DNA of 64,000 nt from Bdellovibrionota bacterium FG-1 (lineage in GTDB: Bacteria; Bdellovibrionota; UBA1018). Under the pieces are notes generated by a model that searched no databases, was not told the origin of the DNA, and saw nothing but the letters and a program-made list of their open reading frames with translations. Within the stretch, counting starts at the first letter, position 1, and each line of letters opens with the position of its first letter. Below, piece by piece: positions 49,782 to 59,716 of the stretch. Both the position numbers and the translations under genes were made by a program. The stretch covers positions 50,040 through 114,039 of the forward strand of contig JBBCAW010000062.1 of assembly GCA_051382295.1 (NCBI GenBank). The letters run 5' to 3'.

Positions 49782-51464
49782 ATGCTCGAAACCCTCAAAA
49801 TTCGCAACATCGCGGTCATTGACTCAGCTGAAATCCAATTCAAAGCAGGGTTAAATATTATTTCGGGTGAGACAGGTGCGGGTAAATCTATCGTAATCGA
49901 AGCGATTTCTCTGCTTCTGGGTAGCCGTGCTAGCGCGGATCTGATCCGAGCAGGTTGCGACGAAGCGGTGGTCGAAGGCCTTTTTAATATTTCGGAAATA
50001 CCGTGGATTCGTCCACGGCTGGAGGCCCACGGGTTCACGTCCGAAAACGACGAACTGCTCATCAAACGAATCGTCCATCGAACAGCTAAACACCGAATTT
50101 ACGTCAACGGTGAGTTAGCCACCCTTTCTATTCTTCAATACCTCTGTGAAGGTCTCGTTGACCTTTGTGGCCAACACGAGCATCAGTCCTTAATCCGTGC
50201 GCCCAAGCAACTCGAGATGCTGGACCGTTATGGCGGCTTGGTCGAACAAACGAAACTATTTTCAGGATGTTTCGCCGGCATGCGAGTTCTGGAGCACGAA
50301 CAAACCCGCTTAGGACAAGCCGAAACTGAACGATCGCGCCGCGCTGACTTTTTGCGATTTCAAATCGACGAACTCCGAAGTGCGGAGCTTTGCCCCGGCG
50401 AAGACGAAAAACTTCAACAAGAAAAGCAACTTCTTCAGTCGGCTGAGACACGCGTTCAAGCGGCCGATGCAGTGATTCGCGCGCTCGAGCCATCTGATTC
50501 GGAAAACGAAGGCGTGATCCATGGCCTGCGCGGTGCACTCAATCGATTACGGCCCCTCACCCAAATCGATGCGCGAATGGCCCCCATCCAAGAGAGCCTG
50601 GAGCGCGCCGTAGCCGAAGTCGAAGACGCAAGCCTCGCTCTCAATCGTTACCTAGGTCTCATCGATCTAGACCCAGAAAGACTGGGCATTGTTCAAGAGC
50701 GGCTATCATTACTTGCGGATCTGAGGCGCAAATATGGGGCAAATGTGTCCGATATGATCGACACTTTGGAACGTCTCGAGGGTGAGTATGCGTCGCTTGG
50801 ACAATCCGAAGAGCGACTCAAAGCAATCGCGCACGAGCTCGAAGGACTGAGACACGAAGTTGAAAAACAGGCCCATCACCTTTCTGGTGCACGAAAAAAG
50901 GTAGCTGACCTTCTAGCGAGTTCTGTCACAGCCGAGTTCAAAGATCTCAAGATGAGCGACGCGCGTTTTATGATCGAGCTCACGCCCAAAGTGGATTTTA
51001 CGGAGTGGACAAACACCGGAGCCGATGCCATTCAATATGTTGTTCAGACCAACCGTGGCGAACCCGCCCGCCCGCTCGGCAAGATCGCCTCGGGCGGAGA
51101 ACTTTCGCGCCTCATGCTCGCCATTCGCCGAGTCATCGCCGACCGTGGGGGAATTGGTGTCTATCTTTTTGACGAAATTGATGCCGGGATTGGTGGGCAA
51201 ACCGCCTTTCAAGTTGGGAAAAAACTCAAAAGCGTTGCCTCCTATAACCAAGTGATTTGTATTACGCATTTGCCTCAGGTCGCTTCGTTTGCTCATCACC
51301 ATCTCGTGGTCCGAAAAGCGGTCGTAGGAAAACGCACCGTTACTGAAGTTGTCCAGCTTACAACTAAAGAACGCAAGGAAGAGCTCGCTCGAATGCTCGG
51401 TGGCCCTGAACTCACTAAAAAAAGTTTGGACAATGCAGCCGAACTGTTGGATTTAGCGCGCTAA
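49782..51464 (+). CDS. recN: DNA repair protein RecN
   Basis: GETGAGKS, SGGELSR, FDEIDAG, ITHLPQVA. Confidence 0.98.
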   Translation: MLETLKIRNIAVIDSAEIQFKAGLNIISGETGAGKSIVIEAISLLLGSRASADLIRAGCDEAVVEGLFNISEIPWIRPRLEAHGFTSENDELLIKRIVHRTAKHRIYVNGELATLSILQYLCEGLVDLCGQHEHQSLIRAPKQLEMLDRYGGLVEQTKLFSGCFAGMRVLEHEQTRLGQAETERSRRADFLRFQIDELRSAELCPGEDEKLQQEKQLLQSAETRVQAADAVIRALEPSDSENEGVIHGLRGALNRLRPLTQIDARMAPIQESLERAVAEVEDASLALNRYLGLIDLDPERLGIVQERLSLLADLRRKYGANVSDMIDTLERLEGEYASLGQSEERLKAIAHELEGLRHEVEKQAHHLSGARKKVADLLASSVTAEFKDLKMSDARFMIELTPKVDFTEWTNTGADAIQYVVQTNRGEPARPLGKIASGGELSRLMLAIRRVIADRGGIGVYLFDEIDAGIGGQTAFQVGKKLKSVASYNQVICITHLPQVASFAHHHLVVRKAVVGKRTVTEVVQLTTKERKEELARMLGGPELTKKSLDNAAELLDLAR

Positions 51465-52210
51465 GGCAATTTTTCGCGATGGATATCCAAATCCCCGGGA
51501 CTCCAACTTAGAAAAGACCCGTGAACACGTGGAAAGCCCACGTTGACGTATTGCCCCTCTCGACCATCAACGATAAATCGCTTTTCGTCTAAATCGTGGC
51601 AATGGCCCATGACCACAAAGTCATAACCTTCCAACAGGCGCTCCGCCGCGAAGCTACGGTAAAGATTGCGCAACCTTTCGATCCGCCCTGCAGGCAAATA
51701 CGCAGGCAATCGCGGCTGAGTTCTACGGCTCCGTTCGGAGCTTTTCTGGCCAATCCAGTCGAGCCAAGCCCCGGGAACTAAAGCCATCAATAAACGGGTG
51801 GGCCAGATTCTAAAGAAGATACGGAGCGCAAGATAACCGTAATCTTGCCGATCCACCAGGTCACCATGGGCAAAGAAAAAACGTCGCCCAGCCAGCTCGA
51901 TATCAAAGTCCTTTGAATGAGTCGTCCAACCAGGGATCGATGCAAAGGCCGCTCGTAAATTAAAATCATGATTTCCCTCGATATAGTGGATCTGAACGCC
52001 TCGGCCTCCTGCTATCGCAGCGGCCTCAAAAAATTCCCGGTATCGCTCACGAAATATTTTTTTATTGCCGACAAAAAGATCAAAAAGATCTCCTGCCAGA
52101 ATGACCGTATCGCCTGACTCTGCACGATCACGCAAAAGCCTTAATAAGGAAATATAGAGCGGGTCGTCTGCTCCAAAAACATGAAGGTCTGATACGACAA
52201 AAAGCGTCAC
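51461..52210 (-). CDS. lpxH: UDP-2,3-diacylglucosamine diphosphatase (LpxH-like)
   Basis: SDLH, GDLFD, GNHD, HGD, MGHCH. Confidence 0.85.
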   Translation of the reverse strand: MTLFVVSDLHVFGADDPLYISLLRLLRDRAESGDTVILAGDLFDLFVGNKKIFRERYREFFEAAAIAGGRGVQIHYIEGNHDFNLRAAFASIPGWTTHSKDFDIELAGRRFFFAHGDLVDRQDYGYLALRIFFRIWPTRLLMALVPGAWLDWIGQKSSERSRRTQPRLPAYLPAGRIERLRNLYRSFAAERLLEGYDFVVMGHCHDLDEKRFIVDGREGQYVNVGFPRVHGSFLSWSPGDLDIHREKLP

Positions 52211-52241
52211 TCCTTAGGAATACGCGAGGGAATACGCGAGG

Positions 52242-52637
52242 TCAAAGCTTCTGATCAAGAATTTTTCCACGATTAGGCGAACCCTTGGTTTTTGAATCCC
52301 TCATTTTCAAGAATTCCTCACCAGAAAACTCTCTTAAAATCGTGCCATTGACATCTTTGACCGCAATCCGCAAACCAGGCCCAGTCCCCTCAACCACCGC
52401 ACTTAACCCACTGCTCTGCATTGTTGAGTCCGCTTGAAACGAGGCTAAAGCCTGATCCACCACCTGGGGGTCAAGCTCCTGATCTGCCCGTTTTTTTTCA
52501 GAATCTTTTTGTGGGTCATCTTTGCGCGTTTGATTGGGGTCATATTGATTTCGCCCACTTCCGCCCTCGCCTTCATTTTTCTGGGCGCTGACCGCCTCAG
52601 GAAGACGAAAAATATTGTTAAAACCTGCTATTTTCAT
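52242..52637 (-). CDS. flaG: FlaG-like flagellar protein
   Basis: RIAVKDVNGTILREFSGEEFLKM resembles the FlaG C-terminus; downstream of the flagellins; GGGAGG RBS before ATG 52637. Confidence 0.65.
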   Translation of the reverse strand: MKIAGFNNIFRLPEAVSAQKNEGEGGSGRNQYDPNQTRKDDPQKDSEKKRADQELDPQVVDQALASFQADSTMQSSGLSAVVEGTGPGLRIAVKDVNGTILREFSGEEFLKMRDSKTKGSPNRGKILDQKL

Positions 52638-52721
52638 CTTTTTACCCTCCCAACATCTTTTCGGGAGATTTGAAGAAAATTTAAAGAAAATGTTTTTTAT
52701 AATCAATTTATGGGGTTGCAC

Positions 52722-52757
52722 AATAAAATACCCCCGGGAGCTCGGCACTCCCAGGGG
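52722..52757 (-). terminator. Rho-independent terminator downstream of flagellin
   Basis: GC-rich hairpin (GGGAG/CTCCC core) followed by TATTTTATT on the minus strand. Confidence 0.65.
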
Positions 52758-52987
52758 TTTCAGGGAACAGGAAGAATCACCATGACCCTTCTAGTTCGGG
52801 CGCGCTGTTTCGGGCCGCGCACAAGTTGCAGCTGCAGCCCGACTTCTGATGGATAGGTTCCGCGCACTGGATCCCTATCTAAAACTCTTATCCCACCCCG
52901 GATTTGCCGAGATGAAGTGACGCGGGGAACTCTGTCAGAGTTGGAGAATCGTGGAATTCCCCGCTTTCACTTTTTATGGAGACAGGA

Positions 52988-53821
52988 TTAGAGGAGTTTG
53001 AGAGCGGCCATTGGAGCCGAGTTGGCCTGAGACAACACTGAGATACCCGCGCTTTGGAGAATATTGCCGCGGACCATTTCCGAAGTCTCAGTTGCGATAT
53101 CCGCATCAGCGATGCGTGACCGCGCTTGAGTCAAGTTCTCTTTGGCGACTCCCAAGTTATTGATCGTAGAATGTAATTTGTTTTGCATCGCACCCAAACC
53201 GGCACGAGTACTAAACACCTTACCCATCGCCTCATCGACTTTATCAAGGGCGTCTTTGGCACCATCGATCGTCGTGTAATCCAAGTTATCGATTCCGATC
53301 GAAGCGGATCGAACATCATTTTCACCAGCATTGAACTGGATCCGATCGGCATCATTATTTCGAATACCCACTTGGATATCCAGCACTGCTTTTTCTGATT
53401 GACCATTCAACAGATTCGTTCCGTTGTAGTTAGTGCTGTTAGAGATACGATCGACTTCTTCCACAAGGCTTTGCACTTCTTTATGGATGTAGCCGCGTTC
53501 TTTTTCACCCACCGTATCAGAAGCCGCTTGCACGCCCAGCTCTCGCATACGGATCAGCATATTGCCAATTTCAGTCAAGCCACCTTCAGCAACCTGCGCA
53601 AAGCTGACGCCGTCGTTGGCATTGCGTTCCGCTTGCCCCATGGACCGAATCTGACTCCGTAAGTTTTCACTGATCGATAAGCCGGCCGCATCGTCACCGG
53701 CTTCGGTGATACGTTGACCTGAGGCCAAACGTTGATAGACCTTCTTCTGATCATCGCTCGAGTGAGATAATGCGCGATTAGCAGCAAGAGCAGCCATATT
53801 CGTAGATATTCTTAAGCCCAT
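52988..53821 (-). CDS. fliC: Flagellin (277 aa)
   Basis: MGLRISTN, RLASGQRI, DDAAGL, LGAMQNKL, SRIADAD. Confidence 0.97.
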   Translation of the reverse strand: MGLRISTNMAALAANRALSHSSDDQKKVYQRLASGQRITEAGDDAAGLSISENLRSQIRSMGQAERNANDGVSFAQVAEGGLTEIGNMLIRMRELGVQAASDTVGEKERGYIHKEVQSLVEEVDRISNSTNYNGTNLLNGQSEKAVLDIQVGIRNNDADRIQFNAGENDVRSASIGIDNLDYTTIDGAKDALDKVDEAMGKVFSTRAGLGAMQNKLHSTINNLGVAKENLTQARSRIADADIATETSEMVRGNILQSAGISVLSQANSAPMAALKLL

Positions 53822-54098
53822 AACATTCCCTTTCGTTTGAACGAGTCTCCCCATTCTCATGATAACGCAGTGCGTCATCTCAAGGATAAGAAAACCCTGT
53901 TAAGTTCCTTCCTCGCGTTATTACGAAGTCGGACCGAGGTTAAGCTTCAAACGTCTGGAATATTCTGCGACAGATGCCAAGAGCTACAGCGAACAGTCGG
54001 CAGACGCTTTACGACAGATTGACTTCGCGTTTGGTGCCACGAGATCAACCTTTGCTTAGTTTGTATTCAGGAGTTCTTTGTTCCTGCTTACAACTAGC

Positions 54099-54125
54099 AT
54101 ATCGGTGCGCTGCGTTATTACTTGA
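54099..54125 (-). promoter_or_regulatory. Sigma28 promoter of flagellin
   Basis: TCAA-N15-ACCGATAT. Confidence 0.65.
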
Positions 54126-54309
54126 GCAAAACAGGCAATCTTAACAATTGCCAGTAGGTCGCATCCGCTTGGACTGTAAAAGTCCTTAGGTAGCAACCAC
54201 TTAAAAGTTATTTATTTTTAGCCTTGGAGTTTGCTGTACCCAAGGAATTCTAGCGAACACACCCTTTTCAACTCACACCGGCCCATGCACAGTTTCCTGT
54301 TTTTGGAAG

Positions 54310-54345
54310 CTGGGGGAAGAGACTGTCCTAGTCCCCGCCCCCAGT
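54310..54345 (-). terminator. Hairpin after the upstream flagellin
   Basis: CTGGGGGCGGGGACT...AGTCTCTTCCCCCAG on the minus strand. Confidence 0.55.
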
Positions 54346-54381
54346 GGTGTTTTTGCTACTGCGTATGAGGTACCAAAACGA

Positions 54382-55215
54382 TCAGCCGAGCAGTTTAAGC
54401 GCCAGCATGCTGTTCTGGTTAGCTTGACTGAGGACTGCCGTGTTGGCTTGAGTGAGGATATTACTCTTAGTCAACTCGGACGTCTCAGCAGCCATGTCAA
54501 CGTCCTTAATACGGCTACGGGCGCTAGCCAAGTTTTCGTTATAGATCTGTAAGCTGTTGATGCTGGATCCTAAACGATTTTGCAAGGCGCCGAGCTCTGC
54601 GCGGTTTCCGCTCAGGCTCTGGATAGCAGTATCAATCTTTTCAAGGTTCTCTTGAGCAGACTGTTTATTGACCACATTGATCCCTTCCAAACCCAACCGA
54701 TCTGCCGAGACGTTGGTTTTAGCAACATCAAAGGTAAACCTGTCCTGGTCTGGATGATTGTTTTGGCCGATTTGAATATCAATGGCTTCACCTTCACCAT
54801 TGAGCAGCTTCTTGCCGTTGAACTCAGTAGCAGCGGCAATACGATTCACTTCTTGATGAAGCTGTTGAACTTCCTTATCCATAAATCCTCGCTCAACATC
54901 GGTGATAGTATCCGATGCTGCTTGGATCGATAGTTCGCGGAAACGAACTAAGATATTGGAAATTTCATTCATTCCACCTTCAGCAGTCTGAATCATCGAA
55001 ATACCGTCGTTGGCATTTCGAATGTCCTGGCCGATGGACCGAATGGACGCGCGCATCTTTTCACTGATGGCTAATCCAGCGGCATCGTCCGCGGCGCGGT
55101 TAATGCGTGCACCAGAGGCCAATTTTTCAAGTGACCCCTTTTGTGCGTCGTTATTTACACCCAAGTTACGTTGGGCAGCCAACGACTGAACGTTGGTTGC
55201 AATTCTTAAACCCAT
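54382..55215 (-). CDS. fliC: Flagellin (277 aa)
   Basis: MGLRIATN, SGARINRAADDAAGLAISE, LGALQNRL; GGGAGG RBS before ATG 55215. Confidence 0.97.
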   Translation of the reverse strand: MGLRIATNVQSLAAQRNLGVNNDAQKGSLEKLASGARINRAADDAAGLAISEKMRASIRSIGQDIRNANDGISMIQTAEGGMNEISNILVRFRELSIQAASDTITDVERGFMDKEVQQLHQEVNRIAAATEFNGKKLLNGEGEAIDIQIGQNNHPDQDRFTFDVAKTNVSADRLGLEGINVVNKQSAQENLEKIDTAIQSLSGNRAELGALQNRLGSSINSLQIYNENLASARSRIKDVDMAAETSELTKSNILTQANTAVLSQANQNSMLALKLLG

Positions 55216-55385
55216 ACCGACCTCCCTTAAATCGACAACCTCAGCCGGTGAGCAAAAGTAGACAAAGCTACCCCTGCGCCGATGAGACGCCTTTCCTGTT
55301 TCAGTTTGTGGCAGGAATTTGCTGTACCCCTGCCGAAGACCAGTTCTTGGAACCCATCCAAGACCCAATCTCCTTTCAATGAATC

Positions 55386-55414
55386 TGATCGGTCAGGTAT
55401 TTAAGAACCTTTAG
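55386..55414 (-). promoter_or_regulatory. Sigma28 promoter of flagellin
   Basis: TAAAG-N15-ACCGATCA. Confidence 0.65.
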
Positions 55415-55477
55415 ACTTTTTTAATCAGGTATTGCATTCAGGCAAAACTTTAAAGCCGCACCGCATTATCTATTTAT

Positions 55478-56413
55478 TTATACAGCAGAAATTAAATCAG
55501 CGGCTTTATAAGGGTCCAACTTTCGATCGATTACTTGCTGAAGAACCTCTTTTCCAGAGCTGGTTTCAAAAGCAATCATCACAGAATGGCTGAGCCGTTC
55601 ATTCAAGATATCGGAAATTTCATTTTTGAGAAATTCTCGGGTCTTGAGTTGTCGGGCACCGCTCTGAGTGAGAAACACTTGGTGGGATTGAACCGCCTCA
55701 AGCAATTCAGTCATGCCAAGATCGCGGACCGCCTCCGCTCGAATGACAGGAATTATCCAGCTTTCTTGGTCATGAGGATTCAGAGCCACCATGTTAACAA
55801 GATCCTGGATCATCCGCTCAGACTCTGGACGATCACACTTATTAACCGCAAAAACATCCGCAATTTCCATAAGCCCGGCCTTCATCACTTGAATGGAATC
55901 GCCGCTTTCGGGCACCAACAATACAATGACGGTTTGAGCCAGTCGCAATACCTCTAGCTCAGTTTGCCCTACCCCAGCCGTCTCCACCAATATGACATCA
56001 AAACCGGCAGCATCCAGAAGCAGCACCACCTCTTTAGTGGCATGGGATAAACCGCCATGCTTGCCGCGAGTTCCTAGGGAGCGAATATAAACACCTTCGT
56101 CTCCCGCATGCTGTTGCATACGAATCCGGTCACCTAGAATCGCCCCTCCCGAAAAGGGACTCGAGGGATCAACCGCCACAATAGCCACCCGTTTGCCTTG
56201 ACGACGAAGATGAATGGTCAAACGATCGACCGCCGTCGACTTTCCAGCCCCGGGAGGGCCTGTAATCCCCCAAATTTGGGCCTTACCCGTTAACGGATAA
56301 ACCTCAGTCATGATCTCCGAGACTCCTTCATCCCGATTTTCAACCTTTGAAATTAAACGAGCCAACGCGAGGCGATGTCCCGTCAACATATCCTGGACCA
56401 ATTTTTGAGGCAT
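55478..56413 (-). CDS. meaB: Methylmalonyl-CoA mutase-associated GTPase MeaB
   Basis: GITGPPGAGKS, VDPSSPFSGGAILGDRIRM, ETAGVGQ, NKCD. Confidence 0.95.
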   Translation of the reverse strand: MPQKLVQDMLTGHRLALARLISKVENRDEGVSEIMTEVYPLTGKAQIWGITGPPGAGKSTAVDRLTIHLRRQGKRVAIVAVDPSSPFSGGAILGDRIRMQQHAGDEGVYIRSLGTRGKHGGLSHATKEVVLLLDAAGFDVILVETAGVGQTELEVLRLAQTVIVLLVPESGDSIQVMKAGLMEIADVFAVNKCDRPESERMIQDLVNMVALNPHDQESWIIPVIRAEAVRDLGMTELLEAVQSHQVFLTQSGARQLKTREFLKNEISDILNERLSHSVMIAFETSSGKEVLQQVIDRKLDPYKAADLISAV

Positions 56414-56448
56414 GATCTGAGAAGTCTTACCCAGAATTGGGTAAAAAA

Positions 56449-56475
56449 TAAAGGGTAGCCGAGGCATGCCGATAA
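56449..56475 (+). promoter_or_regulatory. Consensus sigma28 promoter
   Basis: TAAA-N15-GCCGATAA, exact consensus. Confidence 0.8.
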
Positions 56476-56482
56476 GATCAGT

Positions 56483-57748
56483 ATGAACTCGGTACTCTCA
56501 GTCAAAGGTTTGGCGATTTTAGTGTCGATTCCGGTAGTCGGTTTGGCTCTCTGGGTCGACTATTTCGGGAAAAGCCTCCAGGCGTTAGTGAAGGAGGACC
56601 CCCTCTATGATCGTTCTACTGAGCTTTCAAAAATAAAAATAGCGACCTGGATCGGGATTCTTTTTCAATCCGTATTATTTATAGCTACCGCTGAACTTCG
56701 TGATCAAGCGCCTTGGTCAGCCTATGGCTTATTTCTCCTGGCGTTTTTGATCCAAAACCGCATTCAAGTCCATGCCGAAACCCAAGTCAAAGGCCCCCAT
56801 GACCCCTCCGTCAAAACCGAAGCGTTTACTCGTAAACCACGAAACGTTTTAGAACAAAACGGTCTAGGAAATTATGAGCCCGGCCGCGCCGTACGAAGCT
56901 TTGTTTGGGCGCTTTTAGGCGGGGCTCTCTACATCCTGGGTTTCGCCACGCCGGTGGTCATTGCTTCGCTGACGACACGACTTTTTCATCTCAACCCAAC
57001 ATCGGCTGCCGTCGTGGTCATTTTGTCGGCTGTTCTCGGCATGATCTTTGGACTAGTCATCAACTTTGCGCTCGCACCGTTTTACTTACGGCAAATGCTC
57101 ACTGTCAAAACCATTGAACAGGAAAGCCGACACCGGCTATTGAGTCAATGCTTCGAACAGGCAAACATCCCGACCCCTTCCTTATGGATCGTGGAAAGCG
57201 CACCTTCAGAGGCAATTGCCATGATTGCTGGATTTTCGAGGGCAAAGAGTTGGTTTAAACCTGGCCTTTTTCTATCGCGCGGGCTTTTGGATTTACTCAA
57301 TGAACAAGAACTTCACGCGGTCGTACTTCACGAGGTCGCTCATTTAAGCCTCAATCACCTCCGTCGCCGCCTCACCTACTCAGGTCTACTGCTTGTGGGT
57401 ACAACCACGGTCGCCACGACTCTCATTTTTATAGCAAACCTTTGGGCGCCCCAAGGCGAACTTCGCAACTGGGTTGGAATGATCGCGGCCAGCCTAGCTT
57501 TTTTCTCTGCCTTTAGATTGCTCGGCACTCAAAGCCGCCAGCATGAAACCGAGGCCGATGTCTTTTGTGTTGAACGACTCGGAGCAGACGTCACCGCCTT
57601 TACTTCAGCTCTTCGAAAGCTCGATAAGACCAATAGCGGCAATCCTTTTGCAGCGGTTAGTGGGCTCACTCATCCTGCAACTGAACGCCGGATCGCGTTG
57701 CTGAATTCGAGATTCAGCCAAAAGAACAAGCAAGATAAGGCGGCATAA
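56483..57748 (+). CDS. M48-family membrane metallopeptidase
   Basis: Multi-TM, HEVAH, ETEAD, THPATERRI. Confidence 0.92.
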   Translation: MNSVLSVKGLAILVSIPVVGLALWVDYFGKSLQALVKEDPLYDRSTELSKIKIATWIGILFQSVLFIATAELRDQAPWSAYGLFLLAFLIQNRIQVHAETQVKGPHDPSVKTEAFTRKPRNVLEQNGLGNYEPGRAVRSFVWALLGGALYILGFATPVVIASLTTRLFHLNPTSAAVVVILSAVLGMIFGLVINFALAPFYLRQMLTVKTIEQESRHRLLSQCFEQANIPTPSLWIVESAPSEAIAMIAGFSRAKSWFKPGLFLSRGLLDLLNEQELHAVVLHEVAHLSLNHLRRRLTYSGLLLVGTTTVATTLIFIANLWAPQGELRNWVGMIAASLAFFSAFRLLGTQSRQHETEADVFCVERLGADVTAFTSALRKLDKTNSGNPFAAVSGLTHPATERRIALLNSRFSQKNKQDKAA

Positions 57749-57814
57749 GTTATTTATTTAATTGTATTTTTTAAGTTATTGCGAAATATGTATTTTATTC
57801 GTAAAATAACTTAA

Positions 57815-58129
57815 ATGCCCAATCTCAATCGCGAAATGATGTTGAACTCTCTTGAGCGCCTGGATCAACTCATCCCCAAAGACGTCACACTCATTGTGGG
57901 AGGCGGCGGCGCCGTGATCCTCGCCCACGGCCTCGCACTAGCAACCACCGATATCGACGCCGTACCGCGGGGCATGGCCCTCTCAGAGCTAGACCCTTTT
58001 ATTAAGCAAGTTGCACACGAACTCTCTCTTGCTCCGGATTGGCTGAATCCCTATTACTCGACTTTCACACACACGTTACCCTCGGATTATGGCGACCGAC
58101 TCGATTTTTTGGATGACATCCAAGGATGA
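57815..58129 (+). pseudogene. DUF6036-like nucleotidyltransferase, apparently internally deleted
   Basis: VGGGGA...TTDID, DWLN, LPSDYGDRL, then ends about 70 aa shorter than the paralog at 14935. Confidence 0.6.
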
Positions 58130-58842
58130 AGGGACTCATTCAAATCCCGAGTGAGCAAGATTTACTTGGCGCATACGAAAAACTTCAATTTCAAAAAGCG
58201 CCCATCTTTTCAGGAGAACTCATTCTCTGGAGCCAATGGTCCCGATTTGACCCTCGCCTTGCGGAACAATTAATCAGCTATTTTAAAAAGGAATGGAAAA
58301 CCTTACTCCCTACGGATCTCAACGCCCATCTCCTTAAGACGGCCTGGCCTGCCGCCTTAGGAGTCCTTCTATCTCATCTGCAGGAATTTGGTGAATTTCA
58401 GAAAAAAGACGAGGCCCTGTTTTCAAATTGGGCAAATTGCGTGATGACGGATATCCCCTGTGCAAAACACGAACAATTTTTTATCGGTCTTCGCTCTTTA
58501 GGTGGCAAGCTCATGCGAGAAGATGCCGAGCAATCCATAAAACCCTATAATAAATGGGGTTATTTGGGGCGGGAAGTTCTCATCAATAAGGCTTCACAAA
58601 ACATTTCGACCTTAAATTCAAAAAAAACGTGGATTCCACGCAGGGCTCGCCTAGCCGTTCTCGACGGCCTCTTAGAAAACCGCAGCCGCATTACGGTTCG
58701 CGAATATCGTGAGAAATTACATCACTCTGTATCGCTACGACAGGCGGAAATGGATCTAAAAGAAAACCCCCGACTAAAGCCCTTTGGAAATACACGGGCT
58801 CGGCATTATTTGGTTAAAAAAGAACGGAAAAAAAAGGTTTAG
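58126..58842 (+). CDS. Hypothetical partner protein with C-terminal winged HTH
   Basis: ATGA-coupled; ITVREYR...SLRQAEMDL...GNTRARHY. Confidence 0.7.
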   Translation: MKGLIQIPSEQDLLGAYEKLQFQKAPIFSGELILWSQWSRFDPRLAEQLISYFKKEWKTLLPTDLNAHLLKTAWPAALGVLLSHLQEFGEFQKKDEALFSNWANCVMTDIPCAKHEQFFIGLRSLGGKLMREDAEQSIKPYNKWGYLGREVLINKASQNISTLNSKKTWIPRRARLAVLDGLLENRSRITVREYREKLHHSVSLRQAEMDLKENPRLKPFGNTRARHYLVKKERKKKV

Positions 58843-59630
58843 TGACCTTGAGCTTCCTGAGGTTTCGCCGCCTCAGCCGCGGGCTCGCGAACGGGTTCCA
58901 CCGATGCCTGCGGCGTAGGCGATGCAGTTACTGCTGAAACACTTTGAGCAGGAGCCGTAGGCACTGGCGCTACCGGCCCTTCGGCTTTTAAAATATTATA
59001 CTTTTCCAAAACCGGCATATGCCCCGGAGGTTCGCGTAGCAACCCAAAGGGATTGGATGCCTCAACCAATTCAGCAGTAGCTTGGGGGGTCACCTCAAGC
59101 TTACGATAAAAAATCCACTCACTCAGTCGGACATAATACCTCAGCGCCCAGCGCTGATAACGAGAGTCATGAAACTCCGCCATAAAGGCACGGCCAACCG
59201 GAGTAACAAAACTGTAAGTATCCAAAACCTTTTTTTGCCGTTCACTAAAAAAACTTTCGGTTTTAAGATCATCCTCAAGCTGAACCAATTGGCCATAAAA
59301 GCACCAATGGTACTTGACCGGGTCTTGTTTGACCAACTCACGAGCGCCAAGGATAAGTTCATCATTATTTTGGGTTAGGCTCTTCAGCTTTTTGAAATCC
59401 TTATCGCAATCTTTAAGATCCTCAGATCGAGGAGCCAATCGATCAGTCATGATCGCACGCAGATCCGCTAAGTCATAACCTACCGGATGGGGAACCTGAA
59501 CATAGGGGGGCGGCAACGCCTGCGGAGGCGCATGAGGATTAACCTCGGTAGTCGAACACCCGCCGGCGCCTGCGATCCAGGCCACTAAACTCGCGCTCAG
59601 CAAAATAGTGTAGGTAATTTTTGCCTTCAT
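58839..59630 (-). CDS. Hypothetical lipoprotein
   Basis: Hydrophobic signal ending GGGC, Pro/Ala-rich tail, AAGGAG RBS. Confidence 0.75.
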   Translation of the reverse strand: MKAKITYTILLSASLVAWIAGAGGCSTTEVNPHAPPQALPPPYVQVPHPVGYDLADLRAIMTDRLAPRSEDLKDCDKDFKKLKSLTQNNDELILGARELVKQDPVKYHWCFYGQLVQLEDDLKTESFFSERQKKVLDTYSFVTPVGRAFMAEFHDSRYQRWALRYYVRLSEWIFYRKLEVTPQATAELVEASNPFGLLREPPGHMPVLEKYNILKAEGPVAPVPTAPAQSVSAVTASPTPQASVEPVREPAAEAAKPQEAQGH

Positions 59631-59716
59631 CCCTCTCTCCTTAGACTCCCATCAAACCTCTCATCGGCCGATTCCTCCAGATCCCTGAGGAATATGTGTC
59701 ACCCCTTCTTTTTCTA

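Noticed and set aside
52217..52240. 12-bp tandem repeat GGAATACGCGAG x2 between flaG and lpxH
   Set aside because: Real, but only two units and no evident function; likely slippage
52722..55385. c-di-GMP riboswitch in the flagellin UTRs
   Set aside because: No convincing class I or class II core motif seen by eye
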